From positions 60,700,001-60,764,000 of the forward strand of contig NC_086097.1 of the NCBI RefSeq assembly GCF_963921235.1: 64,000 bases of DNA, given 5' to 3'. The notes under the pieces are model-generated. The model ran no database searches, was not told the DNA's origin, and was given only the letters and a program-made list of their open reading frames with translations. Position numbers and translations under genes: made by a program. The DNA comes from Mobula hypostoma (Eukaryota). Shown here piece after piece: positions 37,026 through 50,620 of this stretch. Position 1 is the first letter of the stretch. Every line of letters starts with the position of its first letter.

Positions 37026-37599
37026 CTGAAACCTATTGAATTTTGAAAGTCCTAGATACAGTGGATATGAAGAAGATGTTTCCAAAAGTGGTGGGAGTTT
37101 AGGACCTGAGGGCACAGCCTCAAAATTGAGGGATGTCCATTTAGAATGGAGATAAGAAGGAATTTGTTTACCCTGAAAGTGGTGAATCTGTGGAATTTGT
37201 TGTCACAAGCGGTTATTGAGGCCAGATTATTGGCTGCTTATAAGGCAGAGGTTAATATGTTCTTGATTAGTGTGTGAAAGGTTACGGGGAGAAGGTAGGA
37301 GAATAGGGTTGAGAAGGAAAATGGATCAGCCATGATAAAATGGCAGAGCTGACTCAACGGGCCAAATAGCCTAATTCTGATGCTATCTTTTGCGGTATTA
37401 TGGTTAAATAATGAAAGCACAACTACAAATGCCTGCAGTTCTGCAGGTACCTTCATGGCCTTCATAACTCATGAAAAAGTACTGCCCCTAAGATATCTCA
37501 CAGGAGTCTAAATGACCACAACAAAACATGATCATAATTATTGTGTATTTAAAGAGTAAAAGGTACTACACAGCCTTTGACCTGAAGAATACAGGCCTG

Positions 37600-38272
37600 A
37601 TTGAACAGTCAACAGCTGTCTCCAACTTTATCAGGAGCTGTGTTGATGAAGATGTGTCTTCAACAACATACCAACTCTTCCCAAATCAGAAGCCCTAAAT
37701 GAACTGAGATACTGTCTGCTAAGACACAGATCAATGGCATTCAAGACCAGAGATCCAAAATCATACAAGTCCAGATCTGACCAATGAAAGGTCAACATGA
37801 GAGCAAAATTCCTGCAAATTTCCTTAGATTATGGTGGAGAGCAGTCTGACATATTAGAGAGGCTCAAATGCACAGTATTGGAAGAGGCTGCAAAAGGTTG
37901 TAAACTCAGCCAGCTTCATCACAGGCACAACCCTCTCTGCCATCAATGATATGTTAAAGAGACTATGCCACACAAGAGGGCATCATTAAGGACACTCACT
38001 CACCTTGCAGGATATGCCATCTTTTCAATACTGCCATCTGAGAGGAGCAACATGAGCCTCAAGGCCTACATTCAACAATTCAGAAACATAATCTTCCCCT
38101 CTGTCATCAGATTTCTGAATGGTCCATGAACACCATCTTATTGTTTTATTTGTGCACTATTCATTCATTTTCTAATTTATAGTAATTTTATTTCTTTGCA
38201 CTGCACTGCCTTTGGAAAGCAACAAATTTCACATCATATAAGATGGCGATAGCAAACTTTATTCAGATTCAG
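37600..38272 (+). mobile_element. Old Rex1/Babar-type fragment with (ATTCAG)n tail
   Basis: FPNQKP motif at ~37678; 3' part homologous to the reverse complement of 8671-9200. Confidence 0.6.
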
Positions 38273-41049
38273 AAAGAAAGATTGTTGTTTACTGGTAAGT
38301 AGAGAAAGAAATAACTCACTGATTTGTTAGCTGCGTCCTGGAAAACAAAAGAAGTAATAAAGAGAGAAATATGAAGATGAAAGTAATAATATAAAGAAAT
38401 GAAATGCTTGCAGTGGGAGCTAATTATGTCTGACCTGAATTGTTAGAAATCTCTGCCAGCAATTAGCTAGAATACAAAAACAACATTAAAGAGCACATTA
38501 TGCTCTGGACTTCATTGTTCCCCACGTAGAACTTTGCCATATTTGTTTGTTCTATTTTTTCCACCCTTATTACTACTATTCTTTTACCTTTTATTTTCTG
38601 ATGAGGTCTTTTCTCAAGTCCTGATTTCTTCTTTTGCTCCTGCTTCATCCACACACAGCTTCACAACTCTCTGCTCATTTGTCCACTTTTTTGACTGATA
38701 CTATTTACTTAGTTTTCCACTTGGACCTTGTAAAAAGATTTATTTCTTCCTGGAATAAATAGAAATTTGGAAAATAAATGCATGCACAGTATGTATCTAT
38801 TCTAAATTAGTAGATTTGGTGTAGTGATCGTTAAGTGTAAACACCTCCACCACCTAAACCCCCGAGAGGTGATACTTGAACAGACATATTTACCAACATA
38901 GGTGCCAAAATCTTATAGCTATTGGTTTATACTGTGATCTGATTTTTCGTATCCTATAAAATGTAATAATTTGAGAGAAAAAGAGAATGATTGAGGCCAG
39001 GGATCGTTTGGAAAAGATAAAAGAAGAGAGAAAGATAAAGAGAGCTCTGAAACTCAGAGCTTTTTGAGAGGAAGTGGATTTAGGCAGATTGACAGTGTGA
39101 AAATAATCTACATTTTATCATAAATATTTACTGTTATTTCATTTTCCAGAAGAAAGTAACTGTTGGAATTTTGATATCAGCTAGTTACCTCTAGAACCGT
39201 TTACCCAGGAGCTTTGATTTGGAGTTATTCCATAAAATATATGATTGAAAAATAATTTCCAGAAGTTAAATTTGCTTGGATGTGTTGGCTTAAATCAGAG
39301 AGGCTGTCTGTAAACGGAAGAAGAGGAAAAGTTCCAGTTCTGTAATAGCTTGAGCTATGTGTTCTCTGAATTTCAGAAAGTACCTTAAGTTGATAGGGAC
39401 AAAAAAACTATGAAAAATGGGGAAAAGAAATAAGCGGGAGGGAGATGGAGATCATGATCGATCAATTTCCAAATAAAGCCATCTACTGAATTTTTAAACT
39501 TGTTACTGGTTGTACGCCTTTTGCTAGATAAAAGAAGTTCAGTAATGATGATATGTAGTTTGTTGCTTATTGCATCATAAGATAGGGAGGAGTGGATGAG
39601 ATGGATGGAGTGGTATATTAGCTTTTTTGTATGGAATTATTGGATTTGGACCAACAAATCTGCAACTGGACTCTTGCAGCACAGAATCTGCCACAATTCC
39701 CTTTTATATAACCATTGACAAATATCTAACACAGATCCCGTTTAGATCAAAATATTATTCTTGAAGTGATTAGAAGCCTAAGTTTGACTGGATTGTGGTA
39801 GCAATTTGACCAATTAAGAATATTGCCACTTGCTTTACCTTTAGAAAAAAATATCACAGAATATTCCCTCGCTGTTGAAGGCAGCCAGGCTGACTTCATA
39901 ACACAAAATTACATTCATACATTCATTATGAAAGCAGGTTTAGATACACTGCACAGCTGATGTGTCTACATTCCCTGCAGTAATAGGATCACAAACAACC
40001 CATGAATCGTCACATCATTTCTGTTTTGGCATAGCTCCACAGCTGCCAATCTGATTTCTAATCAGGTGTGTGCTTATTTCAAATTATTGGGGAAGTATTG
40101 TTTCAAAAATGGAAGTATCCTGAAACTCCACTTGTTATATGGAGATTATATGACCTGAACTCCAGACTTATTTGAGGTCAGAGATAGTTTCCATTCTGAA
40201 TAATTACAATCAGTCGTGATATAATTACTGAAAATATAAAATGCATTGTATTTCTCACAGATACTGTCTATCTGCAGACTATTTTCAATATACCCTGTTT
40301 TTTCTTTCAATAATTTTAGGCAATGGTGATCATAAAATGTTACCATTTCAAAAAAATAATTATGTTCCTGAATGATTTGTGCAACAGATTGAACAAAGGG
40401 TGATTTTTTTAGGTGCAGAGAACAGAATGTGGGAAAGCAAGATAGACTGGTAATGATGCAGAAAGCGATGGGACACCTTAAAGCCCTCAACAGGAGCAGG
40501 CATAGACAGAGCATAGAGCAACTAATCGAGGACTGCATGACAGTGATCGGCCACAGTGAAGCAGAGAGAGCAGATGAATGCAAGATGACCAGGCAATACC
40601 AGGACGTTAAGGGTGGGGAACCAGTGCAGTAGGCTGTGGAGGTGGGAAGGTGGGGTATGCAGAAGGAAGTGGGAGTGAACCATATGGGACATAAAGGTAC
40701 CGGGCAGCAGGGAGAAGTGCAGAGGCAGCAAATGAATCTCAAATGGATTTGGTAAATCCAATGCAGACCTGAATGGGAAAAGGTAGGGTGGAACACATGC
40801 GGAACTGAAGGCCATGATGCCGCTCATGCGTACCTGAAGGGAAGACGGCAAAGCCACTTAGCCATGAAAACCAGAAAGGCATGGTGCAATTGACGTGAGC
40901 CGGAAAGGAAGATGGCAAGGTGGAGCTTAGGCAGACCTAAGGTGCTTACAGCCCAGCCGTCCGTGTGGGGTGAACCAGGAGCAGCAATGGGCAGAGCAAA
41001 GGGGCAACAAATCAAAAGTAAGACGCAGCAGTAATAGGCCCCAGTTTGA

Positions 41050-44000
41050 AGAAGAGAGAGCAGAGTGATTGGACCAGGCAGAGTGAGAAAGGTCCGATAC
41101 AGCAAGAGTGAAGCAGAAAACTCTGCCTGCAAGGAGTGCATCATGCTGCTACTTCTAACAATTCGCATAAAGGAGTTGGAACTGGATGAACGCTGGATAG
41201 TTCAGGAGGCTAAGCAGCTGATAGATAGGGCATATAGAGAGGTAGTGACATGCAAGTTGCAGGAGACAGGGTGACAATTATGATGGGGAAAGGGGTTAAG
41301 GAGCCAGTGCTGAGTACCACTGTAGACATCCCCCTCAACAACAGGTACATCACTTTCGATATTGTCAGGGGTATGACCTCACAGAGGTGGCTGGGTCTCC
41401 AGCACAGAGTCTGCCTCTGTGAATGAGAAAGCAAGAGGGGAGAAAAAGTATACTGTGGTGATAGGGGATTCATTAGTTGGAGAATAGACAGGAGGTTCTG
41501 TGGGCGAGAACGAGATTCCTGGATGTTACGTTGCCTCCCAGGTGCCTGAATCAGGGATATCTCGGATCGAATCCTCAGCGTTCTTAAGTGGGAAGGTGAA
41601 CAATAGGCACTAATGACATGGGTAGGATGAGTGATGAGGAGTTCTGGGAGTTAGGTGCTAAGTTAAAGGGCAGGACCTTCAAGGTTGTGATCTCAGGATT
41701 GCTAGCCATGCCACATTCTTGTGAGGCCAGAACTATGAAGACAAAAGTTTAACACATGGCTAAGGAGTTGGTGTAGAAGAGAGGCCATAAGACTTTTGGA
41801 TCATTAGGCTCTCTTCCAGGGAAGGTAGGACCTTCCCCAGGAGAGACGATTTGCACCTGAACTGGAGAGGGACTAATATCCATATGGGAAGGTTTGTTAA
41901 TGCTGTACAGTGGGGTTTAACTAGAGTTTCAGGGAGATGTGAACTAGAGTGCCAGAGCAGGTTACGAGAGAGGTTGTGGAGACATGTTGTTAAGACCTCA
42001 GACAAAGTTAGGAATCAAATGGATGAGTATGGTGCAACTAGTGTCCAGAGCTACCCATGTTTAAATGCAAAAAATATTATAGCAAAGGCTGATAATAGTG
42101 CAGAAGATGAGGTAGCAGGTTTATAAACAGAGGCAATGTGGAGTGAGGAGAGACTGGTCATAGGGCAAAATTGCAGTCAAGTGAATGAGCTCCAACATAA
42201 AAGGCAGACAAAATTGTGAAGGGTGAATACAGGAATGAAGATGTTGTATTTAAATGTGTGCCATGTACAGAATAAGATATTGCCGTAGATCTGTAGATGA
42301 GGTAGACGTTATGTGCAGTGAAGAGAGGCTGTTGATAGGGAAAAATTGCAGTCAATAGGATGAATTGCAAGGTAAAAGGCAGATGAAATCAAAAAGGGTG
42401 AATACAGGACTGAAGGTGTTGTATTTGAACGTGAGCAGTATGTGGAATAAGGTAGATGAACTTGCAGCACAGTTGCAAATTGACAGGTATGATGTTGTAG
42501 ACATCACTGAGTCATGGCTGAAAGATTACAGCTGGGAGTTTGCTATCCAAATATACACATTGTATCAAAAGAACAGGCAGGAAGGCAAAGGGGGCAGTGT
42601 TGCTCTGTTGGTAAAGAATGAAATCAAATCTTTAGAGAGAGGTGACATATGGTTGGAAGGTGTTGAATTATTGTGGATTGAACTGATGAACTGAAAGGGT
42701 AAAAGGACCCTAATGGGAGTTGTATACAGATCCCCAAATAGTAGTAAGGATGTTGACTACAAATTACAACAGCTGATAGAAAATGCATGCCAAAGGGCAA
42801 TGTTACAATAGCCATGGGAGGCTTCAATATGCAGGTAGACTAGGAAATTCAGGTTGGTGCTGGATTCTAGCAGGTGGATTTTCTAGAGTGCCTATAAAAT
42901 GACTTTTTAGAGCAGCTTGTGGTTAAGACCCACCAGGGGATCAGCAATTCTGGATTTGGTGTTGTGTAATGAATCAGAATTTAAAAGAGTGCTTAAGGTA
43001 AAAGAACCCTAAGGGAAAAGTGATCATAATATGATCCAATTCATCCTGAGATTTGAGAAGGAGAAGCTAAAGACAGATATATCAGTATTACAGTGGACTA
43101 AAAGGAATTACAGAGGCATAAGACAGAAGATGGCCAGAATTGATTGGAAAAGAACACTGGCAGGGATGATGGCAGAGCAGCAATGGCTGGAATTTCTGGA
43201 AGCAATTCAGAATGCACAGGATATGTACATCCCAAAGAGGAAGAAATATTCTAAAGGAAAGATGACACAACTGTGGCTAACAAGAGAAGTCAAAGTCAAC
43301 ATAAAAGCCAAACAGAGGGAATATAATAGTGCAAAAAGTAGTGGGAAGTTGGTGGATTTGTAAGCTTTTAAAAACGAACATAAAGCAACTAAAAAGTCAT
43401 TAAGAAGGTAAAGATGGAATAAAAGAGGAAGCTAGCCAATAATATTAAAGAGGATAAAAATTTCTTCAGATACATTAAGTGTAAATGAGAGGTAAGCGTG
43501 GATATCAGACCACTGGAGAACAATGCTGGAGACGTAGCAATGTGGGATAAGGGAATTGCTGAGAAATGGATAAGTATTTTGTATCAGTCTTCACTAGACT
43601 ATGGTGGAAGTTTCAGATGTCAGGGGTCATGAAGTGTGTGAAGTTACTAAATGTAGAGAGAAGACTTCTGGGAAACTGAAAGATCTGAAGATAGATAAGT
43701 CACCTCGAACAAATTGTGTACATCCTAGGGTTCTGAAAGAGGTGGCTGAAGTGATCATTGTGGTATTAATAATGATCTTCCAAGAATCACTAGATTTTGG
43801 AATGGTTCTGGAAGACTAGAAAATTGCAAGAGTCATGTCACTCTTGAAGATGGGAGCAAGGCAGAAGAAAGGAAATTACAGGCTTGTTAGTCGGACTTCA
43901 GCAGTTGGGAGGATGTGGGAGTTGATTATTAAGTTGAAGTCTCAGATACTTGGAGGCACAGGATAAAAAGCCAGTAGTCAACATGGTTTCCTCAAGGTAA

Positions 44001-45021
44001 AATCTTGCCTGATAAATGTGTTGGAATTGTTTGATGTTGTGTTATTAGTCAATTATTTGGATGATGGAATTGATGGCTTTGTTGCAAAGTATGCAGAAGA
44101 TATGAAGATTGGTGGAGGGACAGGTAGCTTTGAGGACATAAGGAGGCTAAGAAGAACTTAGAAAGATTAGGAGGCTGGGCAAAGAAATAAAGAAATGGCA
44201 GATGGAATACAGTGTCAGAAAGTATATGGTAATGAACTTTGGTAGAAGAAATAAAAGGTTGACTATTTTTTAAATGGAGAGAAAATACGAAAAACTGAGG
44301 TGTAAAGGGGCAGTCCTTGTGCAGGATTCCCTAAAGATTAATTTGCAGGTTGAGTCTGTGGTCAGGAAGGCAAATGCAATGTAAGTATTCATTTCGAAAA
44401 GACTAGTATATAAAAGCAAGGATGTAATTTTGAAACTTTATAAAGCATAGGTGAGGCCTCATTTGGAGTGTTGTGAGCAGTTTGGGCCCCTATTCTTCGA
44501 AAGGATGTGCTGAAGCTGCAGAGGGTTCAAAGGAGGTCCACAAAAAATATTCCATGGTTGAATGAACTGTCACATCATGAGTGTTTGGTGGCTCTGGGCC
44601 TGTATTCACCAGAATTCAGAAGAATGAGGGGTGTCCTCATTGAAACCTTTTGAATGGTGAAAGGCCTTGTTAGAGTAGATGTGGAGAAGATGTGGAAACA
44701 TCCTCATCTTTCTAATGGTGGGAGAGTCTAGGACCAGAGGGCACAACCTTAAATTAGAGGGCTGTCCTTTTAGAATGGAGAAGAGCCAGAGAGTGGTGAA
44801 TCTGTGGAATTCTTTGTCACAAGCAGCTGTAGAGGCCCTGTCTTTATATACTTTATATTAAATGTGGAGGGTGAGGGATTCTTGATTGGTCAGGGCATGA
44901 AGGGATATGGGGACAAGGCAGGAGATTGGAGCTGAGAGGAAAATAGGATCAGTCATGATGAAATGGTGGAGTAGACTCAATGGGCCAAATGGCCTAATTC
45001 TTCTCCTGCATCTTCTGGTCT
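41050..45021 (+). mobile_element. Composite near-full-length CR1 (ORF1 zinc-finger/zipper + SGNH esterase, ORF2 with RT deletion)
   Basis: CKECIML..IKELELDE; VVIGDSLV and CLPGA (ORF1); LYLNVSS..ITESWL; SDHNMIQF; internal deletion near 44030; CR1 3' UTR to ~45021. Confidence 0.88.
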
Positions 45022-45744
45022 GAGGCACCTGGTAAAAATGGAAGTAATATAGATGAGTAGCAGAGCTGCATGGACATGGTGAGTTGATTGGCCTATTTCT
45101 GTTTTGTAGTGATGATGATGATGGATGTTTCTTCACTTGTGAAGATCAGGAGAGAATATCTCCATTGCTGTAGAACTTTTCTTCCCCATCCCCCCACACA
45201 TGCGCTGCATAGGTTTATAGTGAGGATCGGTGTGCCTAGACTGACTCCACTATTTAGACCAGAGGACATCCCAGGATAGCACAGCAAGCTGTGAAGACTG
45301 TGGCGACCGCAAGGCGGCAGGTTGAGTATTGGAGCTTTCTTTCTCCTCAATAGACTGTCTGGCAAGGCTAATGAGTCCCATCTACCCAGGTTTGGAATTG
45401 GAGTTGTCCTTCTTCAAGGCTGGCTGCCAGCCAAGACTGATGAGCCCAGCTCGCCTACCCAGTTATATTGCTGGACACTCGGTGACGCCATGACTTAGCA
45501 AACTCAGTAATAACAGGGACACCATGTGAAGGCATTGCACAGAGTAGGAGAACCCATATACAAGTCACTTCCTGCATGACAAGCCAAACAATTAGTCCTG
45601 TGACAATCTCCGCACCTGGAAAGGAGAGACTTTGGGAGACCTTCCCAATGTGAGCAGGACATCCAGCCCACTACTCATACGTCCCCTGTTCCATAGTAAT
45701 AATAACAAATAATAATAAATTATAAATAAAATATCCAATAAAAT

Positions 45745-48600
45745 ATCATCCTATTGTTTGCAAACTACATATGAAATTGTAATGTCATGCATCTCGCAAT
45801 TAATCACTGCTCATTTAGATATCGGCAATATAGTTACAGAAGAGCACAAAGAATGCTGTAAGGGTATGAAAGGATGTAACGAACAACTGATAATAGATTC
45901 AGTAATTCTAAATCAAGCCTGGCGGAAAAGCATAAATCTTTCATGTAGTTATATTGACAGCCAAAAAGCATTTGATTCTGTCCAAACTCATGGTTAGTAG
46001 AAACTCTTAATATATATATATAAACTACACCCAGTACTTGTGAAATTCCTACAAGATATGAAGAATCATTGGTGCACTATAATCAGCCAAAGAAAAACAA
46101 CAACCATTAGCAAAATAAACTGAGGCATGTTCCAGAGCAACTCTCTAAGCCCACTATGGTTTTGTGTAGTTTTAAAACTGCTCTCTAATTTTCAATCAGA
46201 TCAAAATAAGGCATCAAATCAGAGAAAACCAAACAAATGAGACCTTGACATACTGTCTATACATGAACGATTTGAAATGATGCACACCTTCATCAGTAAA
46301 GCAAAAGCAATTAATTTAAATAGTGGAACAATTTTCTAAAGATATAAACATGAACTTTTGACTAATAAGTACGGAACACTGAACATAGAAGTGCAATAGA
46401 GCTAACAGAATACAGAACAGCAGCAGGATACAATACAACTGATGGATGAATATGAAACATATAAGTGATTGGGATATCAAAAAGCAAAAAAAAGATCATG
46501 ATGTGGTAAGGGAAAAACCTTCATCAGAATTTGCCTCGAGACATAAGAAAATCTACTAATCAGAGCTCAATATTAAAATATAGCAAAATTAATAAATGTT
46601 ATATTTATATTAATGTATTATTTGGCACACTATCCTGGTCTGAAACTGAATGGGAAAATTTACAAGGAAATTAAGAACAGAAATGACAAATTTTAGGAAA
46701 CACAATGTATACTCAAACACACTTAGATTAACACTAACTAGGACTGAAGGTGGAAGAGAAATAGCAGACATAAAAGTTTTACGCAACAGTCGAGTGAAGG
46801 TTCTAAGGAAAATAGGATGCAGCACTCCACACAAGCATATGTAACTCTGATAAGAAGAACACATTATTAAACTTAAACCCAGAAAAATGAAGAAATTATC
46901 ACTATTGAAGAAAAGGTTAACCAAATTGAAGAGTATTACTCTGCATGGAAGACATCCCCAGGATCCAAGCATGCTAGACATTGACAAGGAAGCGTTAAAT
47001 GCCTGGCTCGGAGTTGGAGATCTCTTTGTCAGAAACAGAGGTGTTCCTTGTGGCAATACAGGGCCACGTGGTTAACGCAAAAAAACAAAAACAAAAATAC
47101 ATAATAAAGGACCAACAAATTCAAGATGATAAATGCAGAAAATGCCAAGAGAAACCAGCGAAAATCCATCACATTACAGGATCCTGTACAGTATAACTCA
47201 ATATGATTACGTACACAGGCACAATTAAGTGGCAAACATCATTCACCAAAATCGTGCTTTAAGACACTGTTACGTACCCCGTAACTGGGTTGCCAAACCA
47301 GCAGAAATGGATCACTCAGTTGGAGTCTGGAGTACTAGAACTAAGAAAGTTTTATTAAAGAAACAAGCAACACAGTAATCGAAAGGATAATAAATGCAAC
47401 AATTCAACAATGATAACCACACATGTGCACAGAATTAAGATAACAGCATCAATCAAGCTCTATCGTTGTCTAGGGGTAAATGACCAATTTCAAAATGACT
47501 CAAAGTTCAGTCCAGTTAGTAGTCCAGTTCGCAGTAATCGTTGCCATGGCGATGGACAAGGTGGGGGAAGAGAGACATAGAATAGGAACAACTGATCATT
47601 CAGCACAGCTTCACTCACAGACCAGCGAGATGGCTCACAAACAGCTTTTGGGCGGGTCCTTGGTGATGTCACCTGAGGTCACCGACTGTGACCCCTCCTC
47701 CAGATGCGGTCGATCCTCTGCAGTGAACCCGGCACCCAGGCAAGGGCGGACACACACCGGGTTCCCGCTGATCGTACCTTTCCACCCTTGTCGTTATCTG
47801 ATACTTCTCACCCACTCGTGAGAGGCGCACCGCTTCCAGGGTCTCGTTACCTTGGGTGGCGTGTGTCCCGTCTTAGCGAACCTGTCCCTTTTTATCCCCC
47901 TGCTGGGGTATCGCCTGTCCATCACTTCAAACAGTTCAGGGTTCAAAGGGGGGAGCCGCTCCAGACAGCTCTCCCTCCCACATCCCTTCATTACACATCT
48001 CCAGACGCTGCTCCATTGTTCCTTATCTCTCCTTCCCCTGAGGGCAGGTGGCAGACCAACTGCTGATGCCACTGATGCTAGCCCAGGCCAGCAAACATCT
48101 TAATTTTATGTGTATTCTCGTAACAACACAAACTCCTAAAAGAAACAATACCTTCCTATAAATACAAGCCTGATCCAGTTTTGGAGTCAAAGTCCTATAT
48201 TTCAACTGATTCATTATTACAGATAGGACAATCCATAATAACCATCTGGATATAATAATACAGGATAAACAAGCAAGAACTACTTAATTCATAGATGTAG
48301 CCATTCCAGACACGCATGACTTAACACCAGAAATAGGCTGAATCAAAAGAGGAAATTGAAAGACCATGGAACATGAACAGGGTATACATTGCTCCAACAG
48401 TAATATCTACAACTGCTATCAACTCAGAGTCACTACTCAATAACATTAAACAATTAGACCTACACAGCAATATTCATGTAAATCTCCAGAAAGCCACAAT
48501 ACTAAACAGCACTACTATAGTCCAAAAGTTCCTCGCTGTTGAGTAATGAGTGTGCATGGCTATGCCTATAGCTCAGGTTTTACCAGTTTGAACTGAGAAT
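45745..48600 (+). mobile_element. R4/Dong-type non-LTR retrotransposon (RT, CCHC, RLE endonuclease), 5'-truncated and decayed
   Basis: EEHKECCKGMKGCNEQLIIDS..YIDSQKAFDSV; RTEGGR; KCRKCQEKPAKIHHITGSC..RHN; ITDRTIHNNHLDII..LIDVAIP-like RLE. TAA-rich flanks. Confidence 0.85.
47268..48125 (-). mobile_element. Young solo LTR, 858 bp (Gypsy/ERV type)
   Basis: TGTTACG...CGTAACA termini; TSD ACAC at 47264-47267 and 48126-48129; AATAAA on the minus strand near 47351; many CpGs retained. Confidence 0.92.
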
Positions 48601-48635
48601 AAAATAAAAATACAATACTAATAACATTAACAATA

Positions 48636-50620
48636 ACTTATTTATAGAGCACTTTTCATTCAAAAAAGGTAGTTCGAAGTATTTTACGATGGTATAAAGT
48701 GCAAACATAAAGGCTTTTACCTCGGACTTTAGATACAACACTGATTCATGTCATCTGCAAAAATTCTCTGATGACTTAGCAATAATGGGGTGTGTAAAGG
48801 GAGGACAGGAGGACGAATACAGGGCACTGGTGCAGGACTTTGTCAAATGATGCAAGCTGAATCATCTGCAGCTCAACTTTAGTAAGAAAAAGAAGATGGT
48901 GATGGACTTTAGGAAGACTAAGCCTGCATTGCTCCCTGTTACTATTCATGGTGATAATGTGGTGAGGTCCTGCAAGTACCTAAGGGTGTACCTGCATGGC
49001 AGACTTGAGTGAAGCACAACACAGAGACTGAGTACAAGCAGGGCCAGAGTTTCCCCTATTTCCTGAGGAGACAGGTCCTTTGGAGTATGCAGACCTCTCC
49101 TTCACATTCTACCAGTCTGTTGTTAACAGTACAGCCTGCTATGTGGTGGTGTGCTGGGGCAATGGCATCAACATGGGTGATACCAACAAGCTCAATAAAC
49201 TGATCAGAAAGGCTGGCTCTGTGAAAGGGATCAAAGTAGATGTACTGGAGGCTATGGTAGAACAAAGTGCCCTGTGGAAAATCCTAGCAATTCTACAATG
49301 TTTCTCACCCTCTGCATGCCACCTTGCCTGAACAGAGAAGCACTTTTAGTCATAGAATAAGACAACTGTGCTGATCCAAAGAGCGCTATATGAGGTAATT
49401 CGTACACTCAGCCATTAGGCTCTATACTGAGTCAACCTATAGCTGAGGAAGTGATGACCCTCTTCTGTTAGACTGTTTGTGGTAACTTTTTTTATTCTTT
49501 CTATTTCTCTTCTATATCTGTGCACTTCTAATGCTACTGCAGCACTTTAATTTCCTTTGGGATTAACAAAGTATCTATCCATCTATCTACCTACCTATAA
49601 TAGACAAAGTGATTTTAGCTAAAAGTAAAGTGTAATAAATAAGTTTTGAGCTGGTGTTTAAAAGTGTCATCTGAGTCTGCATCCCTCATAGATTTATATA
49701 ATGGGTTCCACAGTTTAGGAGTGTGGTTATAAAAAGCTAACCTAACAATTTTTTTTTGAGGGAGATCATTTAAATTTAAGAGAGTGGCAGAAGAAAACCT
49801 GAGAGGTTGAGCAGAATTATAAAACAAAAGTGATTCTGTGATGTACTGTGGTCCCCAACCATTGAAAGCTTTAAAAACAAGCAATAGAACTTGAAAATCA
49901 AGTTTGAATGATACAGGAAGCCAAAGGAGAGTAATTAAGATGGGAGCGATATGCTCCCTCATCCTGGGTTTAGCTAAAAATCTCGCAGCAATGCTCTGAA
50001 TAAGTTGAAATTTGTCAATAAGTTGCTTTGGAAGGCCAGTAAAAAGAGCATTGTAGTAATTTAGTCTAACTAATTACAAAGGCCGGAGTTAGTTTTCAGC
50101 ATCATTATGTAACAGAAAAGTCCATACCTTTGCAATACTTAAAAAAAAAAACTGAATCAAGGATAATACCCAGGCTTGGTAGTTCTGATTTTACAAGGGG
50201 AGCCAAGTTTATCAAGAAGCTTATCATTGTTGTCTTGGGACTAATTACAACTTTTTCTGTTTTATCTTCACATAGTTCTTGGAAATCATTGACCATCTAT
50301 TTTTCCTTTACTCCAGCCATACCAAAAATCAGAGATTATATGGTGTTATCAACATCAAGCTTGAATGAGATATACAATTGAGTGTCATCTGCATGATTGT
50401 GGAAATCAAGTTTATGCTTTTTAATGAAGTCTCCTAAGAGGAGCATGTGCGGTGTGAAGAGTAGGGGACTCAGACAGCTTCCCTGAGAAACACCAAGAAG
50501 TACATTGTATGCCTTAAAAAAAAAATTATCCCCATTTTTCTCTCTGAGATATATCAGCAAAACTAATTAATGGTGCCACAAAAAAGGCCAATCCAGTAGT
50601 CAGAGTACTCAGATGTGACA
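48636..50620 (-). mobile_element. L2-clade LINE 3' part, split by a Rex1-type insert
   Basis: [52 protein letters not shown]2-like 3' end at 48636-48715. Confidence 0.85.
48718..49598 (+). mobile_element. Second Rex1/Babar family 3' fragment with (TATC)n tail
   Basis: CHLQKFSDD, VVCWGNGINMGDTNKLNKLIRKAGS; tail TATCTATCCATCTATCTACC. Confidence 0.85.

Larger units (their letters stand above)
34622..37402 (+). mobile_element. CR1 RT/3' fragment, split at ~35412/37026
   Basis: KSCLTNLLE, YVNDLDDRIDGFITKFADE; resumes 'gaaacctattgaa...' at ~37028 and runs to a CR1 3' UTR. Confidence 0.85.

Noticed and set aside
40146..40796. 216-aa minus-strand ORF
   Set aside because: Low-complexity Cys/Leu/Ser/Pro-rich translation of a purine-skewed tract, with a GTG start and no domain.
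45450..45465. CTGATGAG near 45435 (and CTGATGA near 24911) as further hammerheads
   Set aside because: No stem II followed by GAAA and NUH at a workable spacing downstream.
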